This document shows, in pieces, positions 1 through 14,700 of a stretch of DNA of 64,000 nt (position 1 is the stretch's first letter; the number at the start of each line of letters is the position of its first letter). Source of the stretch: Dimorphilus gyrociliatus (taxonomy: Eukaryota; Animalia; Annelida). The stretch is from positions 1,915,713 through 1,979,712 of the forward strand of contig CAJFCJ010000004.1 of assembly GCA_904063045.1 (NCBI GenBank). Direction: 5' to 3'. A model generated the notes under the pieces. That model searched no databases. It was not told the origin of the DNA and was given only the letters and a program-made list of their open reading frames with translations. The position numbers and the translations under genes are program-made.

Positions 1-61
1 TATTAAATGTTTATAATTGAAATAAGTAATTTATAGTTGAAATAAGGAAATTTCATTGCAG

Positions 62-1015
62 AGTTACAGCTTAAAACTTGGCTATATATTAACAATTGCA
101 CCGAGAGAGGAGACTGTATTGGATTTTATCAGATTGATATGGGATCAAAATGTTACATGTATAGTTAAATGCCATAATGAAACTATTGAAGTTAGATGAT
201 AAAAAAAACAATAACAATACTCTCTGTTCTATTTATTTCACTTTTTCTTTTTTGAACGAAAAAAACAGTCTGAAGTTGAGATTTGGTCGAATTTATCGTT
301 AGTTGAACCATTTATTGTTAAAATAAAACGTGAAAAGGTAGTTGACAAATTACTGATAAGAGATTTAGAAGTTTCATGGTCTGATATGGTTAGTATTTTA
401 TTTTTTTTTATATAAAAACTATTATATGATTATTAATAGCAATAATCCTCCTAAACTAATAGGTTAGACAGGTGAGACATGTACAATTTTTATGTTGGAA
501 TAAAGATGCAACTACACCTGGACTGGATGATCTTACAAATGTGACAAAAGAAGTAAAAATATTTCAACAGGGTTTATATGAAAGTAGAGTGGTTGTTTAT
601 TGTTCGTAAGTAATCTTCACAAATAATGAAAAGAACTTGTAGGTCGAGTCGGGCAATAAAGCTACAATTTTTTGTTATAGTGACGGCGTCAAAAGAAGTG
701 CTACTTTTTGTATACTAAACGCAGTATTAGAAAGAATCGACCTTGACAGAGAGGTTAATATCTTTCAAGCTTCTCGTCAAGTAGCTGAGTTAAGACCACA
801 GGTTATCTCAACCTTAGTAAGTAGTATACTGTGTAGAGAAAATGTTGCTTGTTATTCATTACTAACAATCAATATAACATATATACTATACATACTGTAT
901 ATACACTTGTATATGTAATCTTTCTATAATTTATTTGAAGGAAAGCTACAAGGATCTTTATAAGTTGATTTCTAAGTATCTACAAGCTCACAGTGATTAT
1001 GCTAATTATGAATAG
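62..1015 (+). CDS. Receptor-type protein tyrosine phosphatase, C-terminal D2 domain (5'-partial, five exons in window), PTPRA/PTPRE-like C-terminus
   Basis: Spliced translation gives SYSLKLGYILTIAPREETVLDFIRLIWDQNVTCIV...VRHVQFLCW...RVVVYCSDGVKRSATFCILNAVLERIDLDREVNIFQASRQVAELRPQVISTLESYKDLYKLISKYLQAHSDYANYE*. All introns are GT-AG and in frame. The 'SDYAN' ending resembles PTPRA/E. Not in the ORF track. Confidence 0.85.
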
Positions 1016-1536
1016 ACTTTCATGTGAACGCCCTATATCATATATTCATTCTCTTCGCTATTTACCTATACATCTATTTATTAGTCTCTTATTTCTATTC
1101 TTACGCTTTCTTACATATTAGCTGTCTTTATCTCTTTTATGAAAAGAGAAATATAGGCAAATTAGCGTTAATAATAAAAACAATACATTAATAACGTTTA
1201 ATGAGAATAAATGGGTCCGTATCGAAATAAAGCTATTTTGCAAAGTTTATCTATACTGTATATAAACCGTCTATGTACAGTATATACACTCTATGTGTAT
1301 ATTAGAATACATATACACCTTAGTAAAATAGTATTTAAAAGATTTTTATTCATTATTTCCAGGTAATTTTTATACTTTTGTACAACGAGATATAACTATT
1401 TTATTCGTAATCATCATGATACGACGAAAATAAAGGTGGCGCTAAATCTTTTAATATGCTATTTATATCATTAAAAAACTCCAGTTAAAGGCCAATTTTA
1501 TTATCGTCGAGGTTCACTTTCAAGAGTATTTTCGAA

Positions 1537-3538
1537 ATGAGTGGATCTAAGGAAAAATGCAATGATCGCAATGGTAACTCCAATGGAAATGGTTAGTTGT
1601 TTATGAAATAATTGGTTTCCTTTCACTCAAGATTATATACATGTTTTAAGCATGCTGTCGGGGTCCAGGATTTGAGACACCTTTGGACGCTATGAAGGGT
1701 CCTAGAGAAAAATTGATATACCTTCCATGTATATCAACAGATAGTGAAAAAGCAGACTATTTGGCAACTGTGAACGTTGATCCCGAATCAAAAGATTACT
1801 CTAAGGTTAACAATTTTCTTAGAATTTTCTTTATTCATAGTTTTTTGTATACTGTCGCCACAATAGGTTATACATAGGCTTAAGATGAGCAATTTGGGAG
1901 ATGAGCTTCATCATTCCGGATGGAATGCTTGCTCTAGCTGTTATAACGACAGTTCCAAGTCTCGTTCAAAACTAATTCTACCTGCACTCGGTTCATCTAG
2001 AGTCTATGTCATAGAGACTGCTAAAAATCCTACTGCACCAACTATTCATAAGGTATCACATCCTTTCATAAATTACTGCAGAGCTTGTATTGATAATTAG
2101 AAAAGGTAATTAAAGTCTTAATAATTAGGTCGTTGATAACAAAGACATATTTGAAAAATGTGACTTGGGTACACCCCATACCTCTCATTGCCTAGCAAAT
2201 GGACAAATAATGATTAGTGCTATGGGCGATTCCAAAGGAAAAGCGAAAGGAGGTTTTCTACTCTTAGACGGAGAAGACTTTTCCGTAGTTGGTAATTGGG
2301 AAAAAAAGGCTGCCCCATTCGGCTATGACTTTTGGTATCAGCCCAGACATAATGTAATGATAAGCACCGAATGGGGAGCTCCTAATGCGTTCAAAAAAGG
2401 CTTTAATCCGGCTCAGGTGGAAACTGGTAAAAATGTCTATTATGTTTATCAATAAATCACTCAAGTATATTTTTGCTCTTGTTACACAACAGAATATGGA
2501 CACCATCTAAATGTTTGGAATTGGTCTGAACACGAATTAATACAGAGAATTGATCTCGGTATATTAGGGGGCCTTATTCCTTTAGAATTGCGATTTTTGC
2601 ATAACCCTGAGGCGACTGAGGGCTTTGTGGGTTGTGCTTTGACTTCAAACATATTTAGATTCTTTAAGAACCAAGTAATAAAGAAGTTACTTATTACTAT
2701 TTCCTTAAATAGGTTTGAGAGAATAATACTTTTTCATTTTATTTTTCATTTTGAAATAACAAGGACGGTAAATGGTCAGCTGAAGAAGTTGTCAAAGTGC
2801 AAAATATTAAAGTAGGTCAACCAAGCTGTTCTGATTTCAATAAAAAGAAACCAAATATTTAATACTTTTATTTACATTTTTTAGGTTGAAAACTGGGCTC
2901 TCCCAGAGATGCCGGGATTGATTACTGACATTATATTATCGCTTGATGATAGATATCTCTATTTGAGTAATTGGCTTCAAGGAGATATTCGTCAATATGA
3001 CATTACCGACACACGAAACCCTAAATTAGCTGGGCAAATATTCTTGGGAGGTTCCGCTTGCAGTGGAGGCAAAGTAAAGGTTTTAAGCGAGGAATTTCAA
3101 GTAAATTATATAATTGACACGAATTCTAACATAATTAATATATCTTTCATATTCTATAGCCACCAGAGGAATTAATGGTAGGAGGAAAGCGTGTTCACGG
3201 TGGCCCGCAAATGATTCAATTAAGCTTAGACGGAAAGAGACTTTATGTAACAACTTCATTATTTAGTCCATGGGATAGTCAATTTTATCCTGACATGATG
3301 AAGTAAGTTCTAAAAACTATAAAAGTAAAATAAGTTAATAAATTTACTTAAAACAATGTCTTTTCCCTAAATTAGAAATGGCTCTTACATGTTACAAGTT
3401 GACGTAGACACTGAAAAAGGGGGTCTTAAATTAAATGAGAAATTCTCTATTGACTTCGGTAAAGAACCTGATGGACCTGTTTTAGCTCATGAAATGCGTT
3501 ACCCAGGGGGAGATTGTACTTCAGATATTTGGCTATAA
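1537..3538 (+). CDS. SELENBP1: Selenium-binding protein 1 / methanethiol oxidase (multi-exon)
   Basis: Exons give [131 protein letters not shown] and the ending [21 protein letters not shown] at 1537, TAA ends at 3538. Confidence 0.97.
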
Positions 3539-3685
3539 TTTATGAAATTTGGATGAAGAAAGAAAAGCATATTTAACATTATTTTAACAGATTGAGATGA
3601 ACATTTTAAGCGACCATATATAACAAATTAATAATGGCCATAACAATTATTCACTTTAAAAATTATAAAGAAAAAAATGAAATTT

Positions 3686-5007
3686 TTATTCAGGGTGATG
3701 TTTTAGCAAATGAATATCCAAAATACAACAAGGAGCCCTACAAGTGGGGCAAGGGCATTTGGAAGACAGCCAAGTGTCAGTTCTAGACTGATCTTGCCTA
3801 GATGCCCACCATTTACCCATACAATCCAAACACCACATAGGCCTGAATAAATATATAAATAGATTGCATTAAAATGTGAAAACAGAGAGAAAGGTATAGC
3901 TGTTAATAATTTACCTGCAAAAGCATTGGGCGCAATTATCCGCATCATCGCAAGCTTTTAATATTTTAATATTAGCTCGACTTCTCATGCATCCAAGACA
4001 TTGATCCACCTCAATGTTATTGGGAACTTCGTATTTATCATGACTCAAAATCTGATATAAGAAATATGAATGTAAAGTACGAATGCTATGTGAATACCAT
4101 ATTATATATTTTATTAGAACAATAAGAAAGAAAGCTTACTTCTTGTCTAAATGTACTTAAAAATCTATCGCTTATGGTTTGGTGAATTACAACATTCTGC
4201 GTCATTCTTACTGGCTTTTGTAATTTATCATTCAAGTCTTTATAATCAGTAGATTTCAAATGTAGCTTGAAACTTTTTAAATTAGAATTAGAAGGCTTAA
4301 CATCGATGATTAACAATTGTAATTCTCTAAGGCTATCTATTCCCATAGAATGTATTTGTGATTCTGTTAGAGTTAAATTGATATCGTTTTGATGGGCAAT
4401 ATCAAGGTTATATGTAGACGTTTTCATGACCCATGAGTCTGTGACAATTACCCGTCTACCAGGTATTCTTGGACCACATGTGAATTTGTCAATTCGTCGG
4501 AATTCAACGTTTACAGATGACGCAACAGATTTCCAATCTCTAGTTTCTGATAAAAACCTAAAATTTTCAAAAGTGCTGATTTAACTATCATTCGTTCTGC
4601 TCTTCATAAATATAAGTATACCTTAATTTCTTGGCAACAGGGTGATTTTCAAACTCATTACTATGCCAGTAACGAACTAGAATAAGTACCAAAATTAATA
4701 ATGATAGAGAGAACATTAAATAAATTTTCCAATACAAATGCATCTCCCAGGGTTTATGCAGCAATTTGAAGGGATTAATCCAAGCCATCATTAAATAATA
4801 GATAAGTGGAACGGAACTGTGGCATACTAGAGTTATACTTATTCTTTTCATGTGATAATTGATAAAATTTATGGTTTCACTTCCCAGAAATCTATCGAGG
4901 ATATTTTGTATAGTTAAACCGGCTGCAACAAACTCTTCAGGAGGAGCGATAATGCAGAAAGATATTAAGCAAAAGACTATAGTGAATACCATATCGTAAC
5001 TACTCAT
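3686..5007 (-). CDS. TMEM129: E3 ubiquitin-protein ligase TM129 (ERAD); alternative in-frame start at 5067
   Basis: N-terminus VFTIVFCLISFCIIAPPEEFVAAGLTIQNILDRFLGSE...YHMKRISITLVCHS. Cys-rich C-terminus QCLGCM...CAQCFCRPMWCLDCMGKWWASRQ...WLSSKCPCPTCRAPCCILD, ending HHPE*. Confidence 0.95.
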
Positions 5008-5621
5008 CCCATCATCGCGTTCCATTACTATTTCAAAGCCATCTCCCTCTGGATAATCAAAGTCCATCGTAAACAATATAGATTTTGACTACATTTAATA
5101 ACAAGTGATAATCTAATTTCCGAAAGGCAGGTTTTCCGAAATTTGGACAATGGCACTCACGCTACATACCGATTAGACCGATAATGTGAAAATTAATCAT
5201 AAAATTACATTAATATCAAATAAGATATGCAGTTGAAGATAATACAAGATATCCATAGCATACATAGTATATTGTATATAGTATATGGTATGTCTAAAAT
5301 TAAATTCTTAATTGGTATTATTGTATCTTTTTTAATATAGTAGAAGTAGTTTATTTCATAAAAAAAGTAACAATAGAGCCACTAGAGTATTTTCTATTTT
5401 TTAAATATTTATTATCGAATTTGCAATTCAAACAATTGAAAATTTAGTATTTTCATGCAGTTCAGCCCCACTTAATTGAACACAAATGGGATGACTTTGT
5501 TCTACGAACATAACTTTTAGAGATTGGAACATTTACAATGTTTAGAATACTGTGAATAAACAACGAATATAAACATTAACAATTTTTGGGTAGTTTTTAC
5601 TCTAAGAAAAGGAAACAATTA

Positions 5622-8600
5622 TCAGTTTTTCTTCTTTATAAAAGTAGACATTTTATAAAGTTGTTCTTCGCTGTAACTATCTTCGAAATTATTAAAGAAT
5701 GCCACAATTTCCTTCTTCTCTTTGAAATTATACTTGCTATTTGAAAATAAAAGACAATAGTTCAATGGATAATCAATAGAATGCAATAAAAAATAACCTC
5801 TTTTGAAATCTTCTTAAATTGTCAAGCGTATTAAATTCCATTTGTCTTTTAGAGAAATTAACAACCTTTTTCCCAGATACATCAAGATAATCTGGATTCA
5901 CTTCGTTTATAGATGTTAAATCTTTTATGACTAGAGCTCTTTGGAAGGAAAATTAATTAAGGTTTAATCGGTTCAAGCACACAAGCTAACACTTACAACT
6001 GAGGAACGCAAGGTGCCTGAGTTTCTAGTAAAACTTGTCGGTAAGTTCTAAAAGATGCACTCGAGTCGAAAAGTTGATGAAATTCTTTCATATCCTATTT
6101 TGAAACAAAGCGATAAGGGATTATTTAGAATGGCAATTAATAATAATAATAATGATAATATTAATCGTACAAAATAAATAGAGACATTAGATAAGGATTA
6201 TATGATTAACAGATTATATAAAAATAAGTAAGTCACATCAAACCTCTAATGTTTGTTTAGGCCATTCTAAACGACTAATAACGTTGGCATTTAATGCCGA
6301 ATAGATAGCCATACAGCCGTTGAAATTGTTCAATCTTCTTAAATGTTTCAAAACCTTAATAAATTTGTAATAACATTTCTCTCTCTCCTTTGTATCATGC
6401 ACATCCACAATTCTAGAACGACACCAATAGCTTATATTGTTGAATGTATGAACGCATTTCATTAATGTTACAAAATTCTCTTCCTGATCCTCTTTATTGT
6501 GTCTTGACCAAAGTAATACTTCAGCTAGTTCAATTTTGTTGAAAATGTCAGAATCGATAAGCGTCATTTGTTCTGCAATATCTACAGCTTTAAATTGAGT
6601 AATTTTATGGTTGTATTCTCTGTAATAATAGCACAAAAGAGTTTTTATGGATTTATAAAGAAGAGAAAAAAGTATTGACAAAAATTAACCTGACATTCTT
6701 TTTCAATAGACTTTTAGCCAGCGCTAATTTTTTTTCTTTAGTAGCTCTTGCTTTATTTAACAATTGCTTTCTAAAAACTCTGCCAAGTGATAAATCTCCA
6801 TCGCTAATAATCGTATGCACAACATTCATTAATTGTATAAATAAGTTTTCATCCAATTCCGTCATACTGTCAAAAGTAACGTAATAATAGTAACAATAAC
6901 AATAACATTAATAGTAACTAATAATAAGATGGTCAAATTTTACAATGATCAATCTGTAAAATTTGTCATTCGATTGTTCATAAAACTAATAAAACTGTTA
7001 ATAAAGTTATCATGTTTCCGATAAAGTAAAGATAACTTTACTAAATTAATGTTTTAATTACAAAAGAGAATCGTTTTGCTATATTCTAACAACAATACCT
7101 AAACTGTTGGTAAAAATTTTTTTACCTTAGTTCATCTAAAACTCTAATAATAAAGGAAAAAACATTTCTAGATAGTTTCTTCCAATCGTCCATATGACTA
7201 AATTTCTTATATCGACTTATCAATTTATCTATAAGATCTTCCGTTGAGGCAAATGTTCGATAAGTAGTTAAGAAGGCTTCTTGATACATAAAATCTAGAA
7301 AGAAAGTGAAACCAGTATAGTTCAGATTGATTTTTTAAAGTAGAGTATATTAAGGTATTACCTTTATTTCCAGACGTTGTAGCATAGGTCAGCAAAGCCT
7401 CGACGGAACCCCCTTTAATTTCACAACCTTCTTTCGATTCCTTAATTGGTGAAGGTGTTAGATGATGACTCTTTGATAGTGGAAATTAAAGTATAATTAT
7501 ACCTTTTTCTTAAAAATCAATTCATCTAAAATAATTTGGGCATCATCAGGATATAAATTGGAAACTAAATCAGCAGAATTCTTTTTATATTGATCTTCCA
7601 TTTTCTCTTTCCTAAAAGGAAGTAAAAGCGTTGCAAGTTAAATAATTAGACATAATAATTTCCTATACGGAAATAATAATCCAATAAAATCAATATATAC
7701 TCTATTTGAACTGTTACAGCAGGAGTCTCTTGAACATCTTCGGAGCTATCTTCCTCCGATTCATCGCTTATTTTACTCTCTTGTACGAAAGTTCTTCTGT
7801 CAGAACTCCTCTTTCGTTCCTCCCTTAGACACGTCATCTGACTGATTGTCTTAGACTTTATCGGTAAAAAGCTATCAGTATTGGGCTGTATTAGCGATAA
7901 ATAGATACGCGTTGAGTGCATATTATTAGCCAATATAAGAAATTATTATCTATACTAACTGAATGAACGAGCATTTGATGTTCGTACCAGTTTTGCTTGT
8001 AGTAGTTAACAGCATGAACTGAGTGTCTTGCAAGTTCATGATTTTGTGGAAGAGTATAAGAGCCGAACGCATTTAGGTACGCTTGAACTGTTGAGAAAAT
8101 TTGCCAATTAACTAAAAATTCATCATCAATATAAACATTTTTAGCGCCATCTAAAGGTGCATTAAGAAAAAAAATGAAAGTGACGAAATTAATTAAGGCA
8201 ATGTAAAAATTGAGCTAATATATTTTCACAAATAGGCCGCTCAATCATTCCATTAAAAGCAAAATGAAAGTCTGTCGTAAAGGTAAGAAAAGAGAGCTAT
8301 GTCATCTTAGATTCTTTAGAAAAATTACGTTGAATAAACATAAAAACGTACTGGCATGTTTAGGAGGAAGGGGAGGAATTAAATCAGCCGAGGTCTTTTC
8401 CCTTAATTTCATATTATCATAATGAGACTCTTCTTGGCTTTTTCCTTTTTTCGGTGGCAGAGGCGGCGGGGTACTCTCAGATGAGTTCCCATCAATACTC
8501 GGCAGATTATCATAGTACGACAACCTTCGGGGTTCTGTCCTATAGGCGGACTCTATGCTTTTGGCGGGAGAGTGATCATCCAGAGCTTTTGGGGTTTTGA

Positions 8601-11600
8601 GTTTTTCCGGAAGAGGTGGAGGAATGTCAGTATTATTATGCAGATTTAGAGCTGATGGAACTGGTAAAGGGTTTAAGTCGATTTCGTTCAGTGAGCGCCG
8701 TCTCGTTGCACTATAAGAATAAAAAAACTCATTTAAATAAAGGTTCACTTATTTGTGTATTAAGTAGAGTATATAAGGTATAAAAGAATTGCTTAGACAT
8801 AATGTATTAAGGTTTTTTATAATGGTATATAAAATATTGAAAAAACCTGTCAGAGGAAGTTTTTCTTAGCTGTCTTGTTGGCACTTCCATACTATTCGAT
8901 AAACCATATAGGTAATCATTTATTTGTACTTCAAGTTTCTATGAAATTTATGAATACACATATTGAAAAAATGTTGTATTTTTATATTAAATTTATCATA
9001 TTGTATATCACAGATTTATGTCTTTTTCATACCTCCATTCGCTCCTTTAAGGTCATGCACAAATTCCCTATTGTCTGATAATCCTCTCCTCTAGATCCCA
9101 AAAATCCTACAAAGTCACTTATTCGTAGGATAGTCGCTATCTCAGTGTTACAGTTAATTAACTGTTTTTGGATCTCAGAAGGTTTAGGTTCGATTAGGAC
9201 GGATTTTATCCGAGTAGAATATTCCATAAAATGGTCCAGTAGTAGATCAGAGCATTGTCGTAATTGGTCCAAAGATTCTAGGTTTAACACTTTCTGTAGA
9301 TAAACCAAGTCGGAAAAAATATCTTCACCGGCTTCTTTGATCTTTGCCGAAGCCTGTTTTTCAAGAGGCATAGAAAAATAGTAAGTGTTATATAAACAAA
9401 TCTTATTGAGATGATACGAATTGCAAGAAGGAGTGAAATGGATAAATACAATATTTTACTATTTAAATGGATAAAAAAGAAATGGATTTCAATCTAATTT
9501 TAATTGACTACGCCCTTACTTGTATTTTTCTCTTTTATTTATTTAGGTATAGAAATCGAATTGGGGCATTATTTTAATAGATTTTTAATATATATTTATA
9601 TAGTATATATAAATAATATATATATATATTAAATGCCCTATTTGGTCTTATCGAAATCAAACAATTATCTCAATTATTCTGATTATTTATCAATAGAATT
9701 ATCTATATTAAAAAATATAAACAAAAATAAACCTCTCCAATTAGCCGGTCTGCCTCATTGGCATAATCGTTATAATTTATAAATGGCTTATAATTATCTA
9801 TAGCTAAACGTATTCTTCCGTGCTCGTCTTCAACTTGCGGAATGTATGGAGATCTCGTTGATGATCTTCTTAACGAGCCGTTCCTTTTTAAATGTTTTTT
9901 ATTCCACTCGTACATATCTAATCGGTAATCGAATTATCATTCACATTAGTTGGGTCAATAGCTAGATTCGTCGGATGTAGATACTGCCCAGGCCAAAGAG
10001 ATATACAGTTTTATTCGACTGCTAATGAAGCAGTATGAATAGTATGAGGAATATTGTACTGCGGGGGGCGAATTTATCGAGGGGACAGGCCATAGTTGTT
10101 AAATTCTTATTTCCTTCTCTATGTGTCTACTTTTCTTTTTTACACTCGATTAATTTGACCGATAGTCATTAAAGATACCTAAAATAATTAATAAACCAAT
10201 TTCTATGTGACTAGAATATTTGAAAAAAATGTCTCCTAAAGAACCCGCTCTGGTTCCGCCAGCACACACATGCTCACAATCCGAAGTTTGAGCCTACAAA
10301 TGTAAATAAAACTAAGACAAAAAGGCAGTTTGGCAAATAATGAAATCGACAACGCTATACGGAAGAATAGAACTTTTGAACTTACACATTTTGTTGGACT
10401 ATTCTGCTTCTTTAAACTTCGACCTTCGTTGAAGCTGTTACCTCTTTGTAGAGATCTTGGCTTTGATCTATGGTGAAGGATGACTTATTTAACAATGTAC
10501 ACAAATATATAGAGGGACACCGAAAACTGATTTATTAACAAATATGCGAATTATAAGACTATAATGTATATATTAATATATACAGTACACAGTATATATA
10601 TACTATATATATATACTAATATATATATATATATGTATAAGAAATAGAAATCCTTCTGGAAGCGTACACGGTGTATATAGCGAACTATGTAAATTTTATA
10701 GTTTGCGAAGCATATTATGGTTTTAATATATATATATATATATATATATTTTAAATATTTAATCATTCATTACCTTCAGCTTCCTTATAAAAACAATATT
10801 CATTTATAAGGATGACAAAGGTTGACCCAGAAGGGAATTTTAATAGATTTTTTTTACTACTTAATTACGCTACGGCCAAATTTGGTTCTATCGTTATTAG
10901 TCGTTTGATGGCTGATTAGAGAGACTTTGCAGCTTTTATTAAATATTCCATTTTTACTTTGATGGGAAAGATGCTGTAAAGTTAACAGTCTCTCTTCAAC
11001 AATCCTTTCATGGAATATGATAACGAGTTAGTAGATCATATACTAGATATAGTATGTCAATTATGGGTTTTAAATATTTTCTTTTTATTTGTCACTAAAG
11101 ATAAAAGATTGAAAAATTGAAATAAAAGAACAGTTTCGATTGGATGAATGAAAGGAAAAATAAGAGAAAAATATTTTTCGCAGAGAGTTTGTAAACAGGT
11201 GGCGTCGTAATTCGAGTTGAAGAAAGTCTCTGTGGCTGTTTTTGTTCTCGACGAATTTTTTTATACGAAAATTTCAATCGATTTCTTGTTTTTTACTATT
11301 ATTTTCATAAATTTCCCGTAAATTACACCTATATTTCATCGGTTAAGCACTAAAATGGTGAATTAAAAAGGCAAAAATGAAAAAACCCTGCCATAATTCA
11401 AAGCAAACGTCAAACATGGAAAAAACCTTATTTGAAAGTACGTCTTACATAATGCATGAAGAGATAGAAAATAAAGCGGATATAAACAAACCCTGCAGAA
11501 AATTTTGGACTTCTTGTTGGTGAAGGAGATCTTTGAGTAGAAGACGTTCTTCTTCTAATTCTCGCCCTAATATCATCTCTAAAAGATATGGCTTTCCGTA

Positions 11601-11793
11601 AGACTCTAGCTCCTGGTCCAATAATCCGACCTTGCTCTAAAAAATATGCATTTGTAAGAAACAAAGTATATTATATTGAAAAAGAATAAATCAATAAGAG
11701 AGAATTTTTCTTAATTTTTTTATTATATCTTACTAGGTTGCAATTCTTTCCTCATTGATTCGGCGGGTCCACTTGTTTTCCTTTGTGAAGTAT
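5622..11793 (-). CDS. RAPGEF1: Rap guanine nucleotide exchange factor 1 (C3G); start codon lies upstream of 11793 and is unresolved
   Basis: CDC25 domain (DIAEQMTLIDSDIFNKIELAEVLLWS, LNNFNGCMAIYSAL, SSASFRTYRQVL...PCVP, VNFSKR) and REM domain (IKGGSVEALL, YQEAFLTTYRTF). Crk-SH3-type PxLPxK motifs (PPPLPEK, PPPLPPKK, PPLPPK). N-terminal GARVLRKAISFRDDI resembles invertebrate C3G. Stop TGA at 5622-5624. Confidence 0.93.
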
Positions 11794-14700
11794 CTATAAG
11801 AGATAAAAATTACACTTAGTTATTTTGTCTTTCCCCCTCAAGCGTGCACCATCTTATTTATCAGTATTCTATGCGTTTGCTATGTTTTGAAGAACCTTGT
11901 TATAATCAGATTTATTATCTGGAGAATTACAAAGCGTGAAGCGGATCGGAAGAAAAATATAATATAAAGGAAACCGCATCTTTATTGCTGTTATTAATTA
12001 AGTTTCGATTTATCTAGACCCTAAACCATAAGAGTATTGGACAGTTATAGGTGTTTTCGTGATCTATATAATTTTTATCACAACGATTTTTTTCCTTTGC
12101 TTGTTGTAAGCTTTGCATATCAAGTTATATTCCTTTGAGAAACGCTTTGAGGACTTCGCTATTCTTCCATGCCATACAGCTTGTAACGTCATATACCTTC
12201 GACTTTGTATATTACGTAGTAATTTCCTGCGAAATTCTCTTACTATTATTATTATATTCTACATTCGGAAATGGTTCAGTTAATATTATAGATTTGTTGT
12301 TTACTATCCAAACAAAACGCCTTAAGAGTATTGCTATCAGCTATAATCTTCATTGAGGATACAGGCAATTGCCAAATCTTCTAGCAACAATTTACTTTCT
12401 ACAGACAATGTGTAAAGAGCATTATTTCCAAATAAAGTAATAAAGGAAAGAAAATAGAAAGATGAAGCGAAAATATAGTTTGAAACAAATTACTTGGTAT
12501 ATTTTTTGTCATGCGTATAAAACTTTACCTTTATTATTAAAGGATAAATGAGTTAAGAAAATTTCATTATTTAACTTATAATTTTTTAAAAAAATCCCAA
12601 ACGTCTAGAAACTATTTGGTCGGTCAAGATATCTTCATACTTCTAATGAAAAATAGATAAAGTATCTTATGCTGATTTAGCAAAAATGAGCTCAAAGGGA
12701 TAGAAAATGGAAAGGAGGGGAAAGATGTCATGATAAAACGAAACAGCTTGGTACACCTTAAATAAAACTTTGTTTTTGTAAAGAAGAAGCTACAATTTCA
12801 AACAATACGTAAAGAAAAAAGCTTTATCATCTGTATTAAATCGTAATGGTTAAGTAATAAATGGTTCTCAATTACATTTGATTAGTCTTGAAGAGACATG
12901 AAATTGTATAGGTAGATTTTGTTGCCATATATTAGCAAAGACTATGTTGTATACAATGCAAATCTAAAGGTACATATAGATACTACATATAGTATGGAAA
13001 TGACTTTCTATCCCATATATGGTGTACAATATGTACATCACCTAGAAGTAATAATTTCTACATACTGTATACACTGTATATATATCTACAGAATATATGC
13101 ATATATGATGAGAGGGGAGGTGTCGTACTCGTTTGCTAATTTAAAACTGCACTTGTTCGTTTGAATTAACGACCATACTTAAATATCATATGTTTAATGA
13201 CTAAAGAATGTTTTATACTGAAAAAACTATTAAGATGACTCACTTTAAGAAATAATTCTACTTTTTTTGGTCAATTTTTAATAGTTAAATTAGTTAAATT
13301 AATTTTTGATAACTTCAGGAAAAACCTCATTAACGGTGAATATCAGAAACCAGCACGAACAGATAAAGTGCATCAAAGAAAATAGGAACATGTTAGGCTT
13401 ACTTCCACTCTTCAGCGTTATTTATATATTCTCCATTTTATGATAACTAAAATAACATGAAAGGCAGCTCATTAAAAATTGTAACTTAAATCTTGAAAGA
13501 TTTAAGCTAAGAGAAAAAAAAACACAAGAGCTAAGAATTAATGTTTTGCCCCTCCAGACTTTCATCTACTACCAAACTCTTCTATCTGCTCTCCAGGGTC
13601 TCCAAAGACTAATTTACTAACTAACTTTTGCAAGCAACGTATAGAAACGTACGTAAAAGATACTGTTTCTTTTTTGTGCTTAGTCAATAATTTTTCTGGG
13701 AATCCTTTATCGGTTTCTTTCAAGACGAAATAAAGCTTACGTTGTGAAAGATTACAAAAATCAAAATAACGTGAAAAAATCGTGATTGTACAAAAGAATG
13801 ACACAATGTAGAATGTAAGTCGTGCGAAATGGATAAGGTGGAAGAGAGTAATCAATCATTTTTATCCACTAGTTACTAAGTAAAAGAGAATTGTATTAGG
13901 ACCTAAATGGTTGTGTCGTATGTTTTCCACTTCCTCAATAACTTGAACTACCCTTTTACATTCAGTCAATTGACATTTAGTATACCACCTTCTATGAACA
14001 ATACATAATACACATCTAGACTGTATAGTTTCTTGCAGCTAATAGGGCTGCAATTTAATTTTAAGTTTACGCTTAAGACATACTAAAGTTACTGTGAAGG
14101 GTCTAAGGAACAATGAAGGCACAATACAGATGATTCAGCGGTGTAAAAGAGGCGATTGCAGTTATTAACAATCGCTTTAGTAAGCTCTATTCATTTAAAG
14201 GTCTTGTCAAGAGGAAATGGTGTTTTTAAAAATACGTCGTATTCGTGCCTGCCAAGAAATATATATGAGCGATAGTTTTAATTTTAGGTCACTTGTACTG
14301 AATTTTCAAGGAAAGTCAATAAGTACACTGCAGAATTACAGTAGAGGAGAGCTTAATTTCCTCACGATCTTTTTTCATTCACAGAACGTGAGGAAGAAGA
14401 AAAATATCGATTTCAACTTTTCGTCAAACCATCTTAACTCTGGCACTTAATAGTATTTATAAGATCGACTACTTGTACTAAATTTTTGAGGGGGAAAAAT
14501 TTTTCTCTCCAAGGAATAGAACTCTAAACTTAACAGACTTTTGACATAATAAAGAAGGAATCAAAGAGATATTGGACAGCTTTGAACCATTTCTCAAAGT
14601 CTTTAGTTGTAATTTCATGCTTTTTTTACCCTTTTTTACCGACAATATCATAAATTAAGTCTGTGATCCTCCTTATATGTAAGGAAGAAACCTAAAAAGT

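Noticed and set aside
10551-10766. ORF-track ORFs rich in IY/YI or SL/LS (also 19093-19290, 24089-24491, 41193-41411, 50573-50818)
   Set aside because: They are translations of (TA)n or (GA/CT)n microsatellite tracts, not plausible proteins.
14148-14180. Small hairpin GCGATTG-N10-CAATCGC
   Set aside because: A 7-9 bp stem is expected by chance in 64 kb; no RNA-family features.
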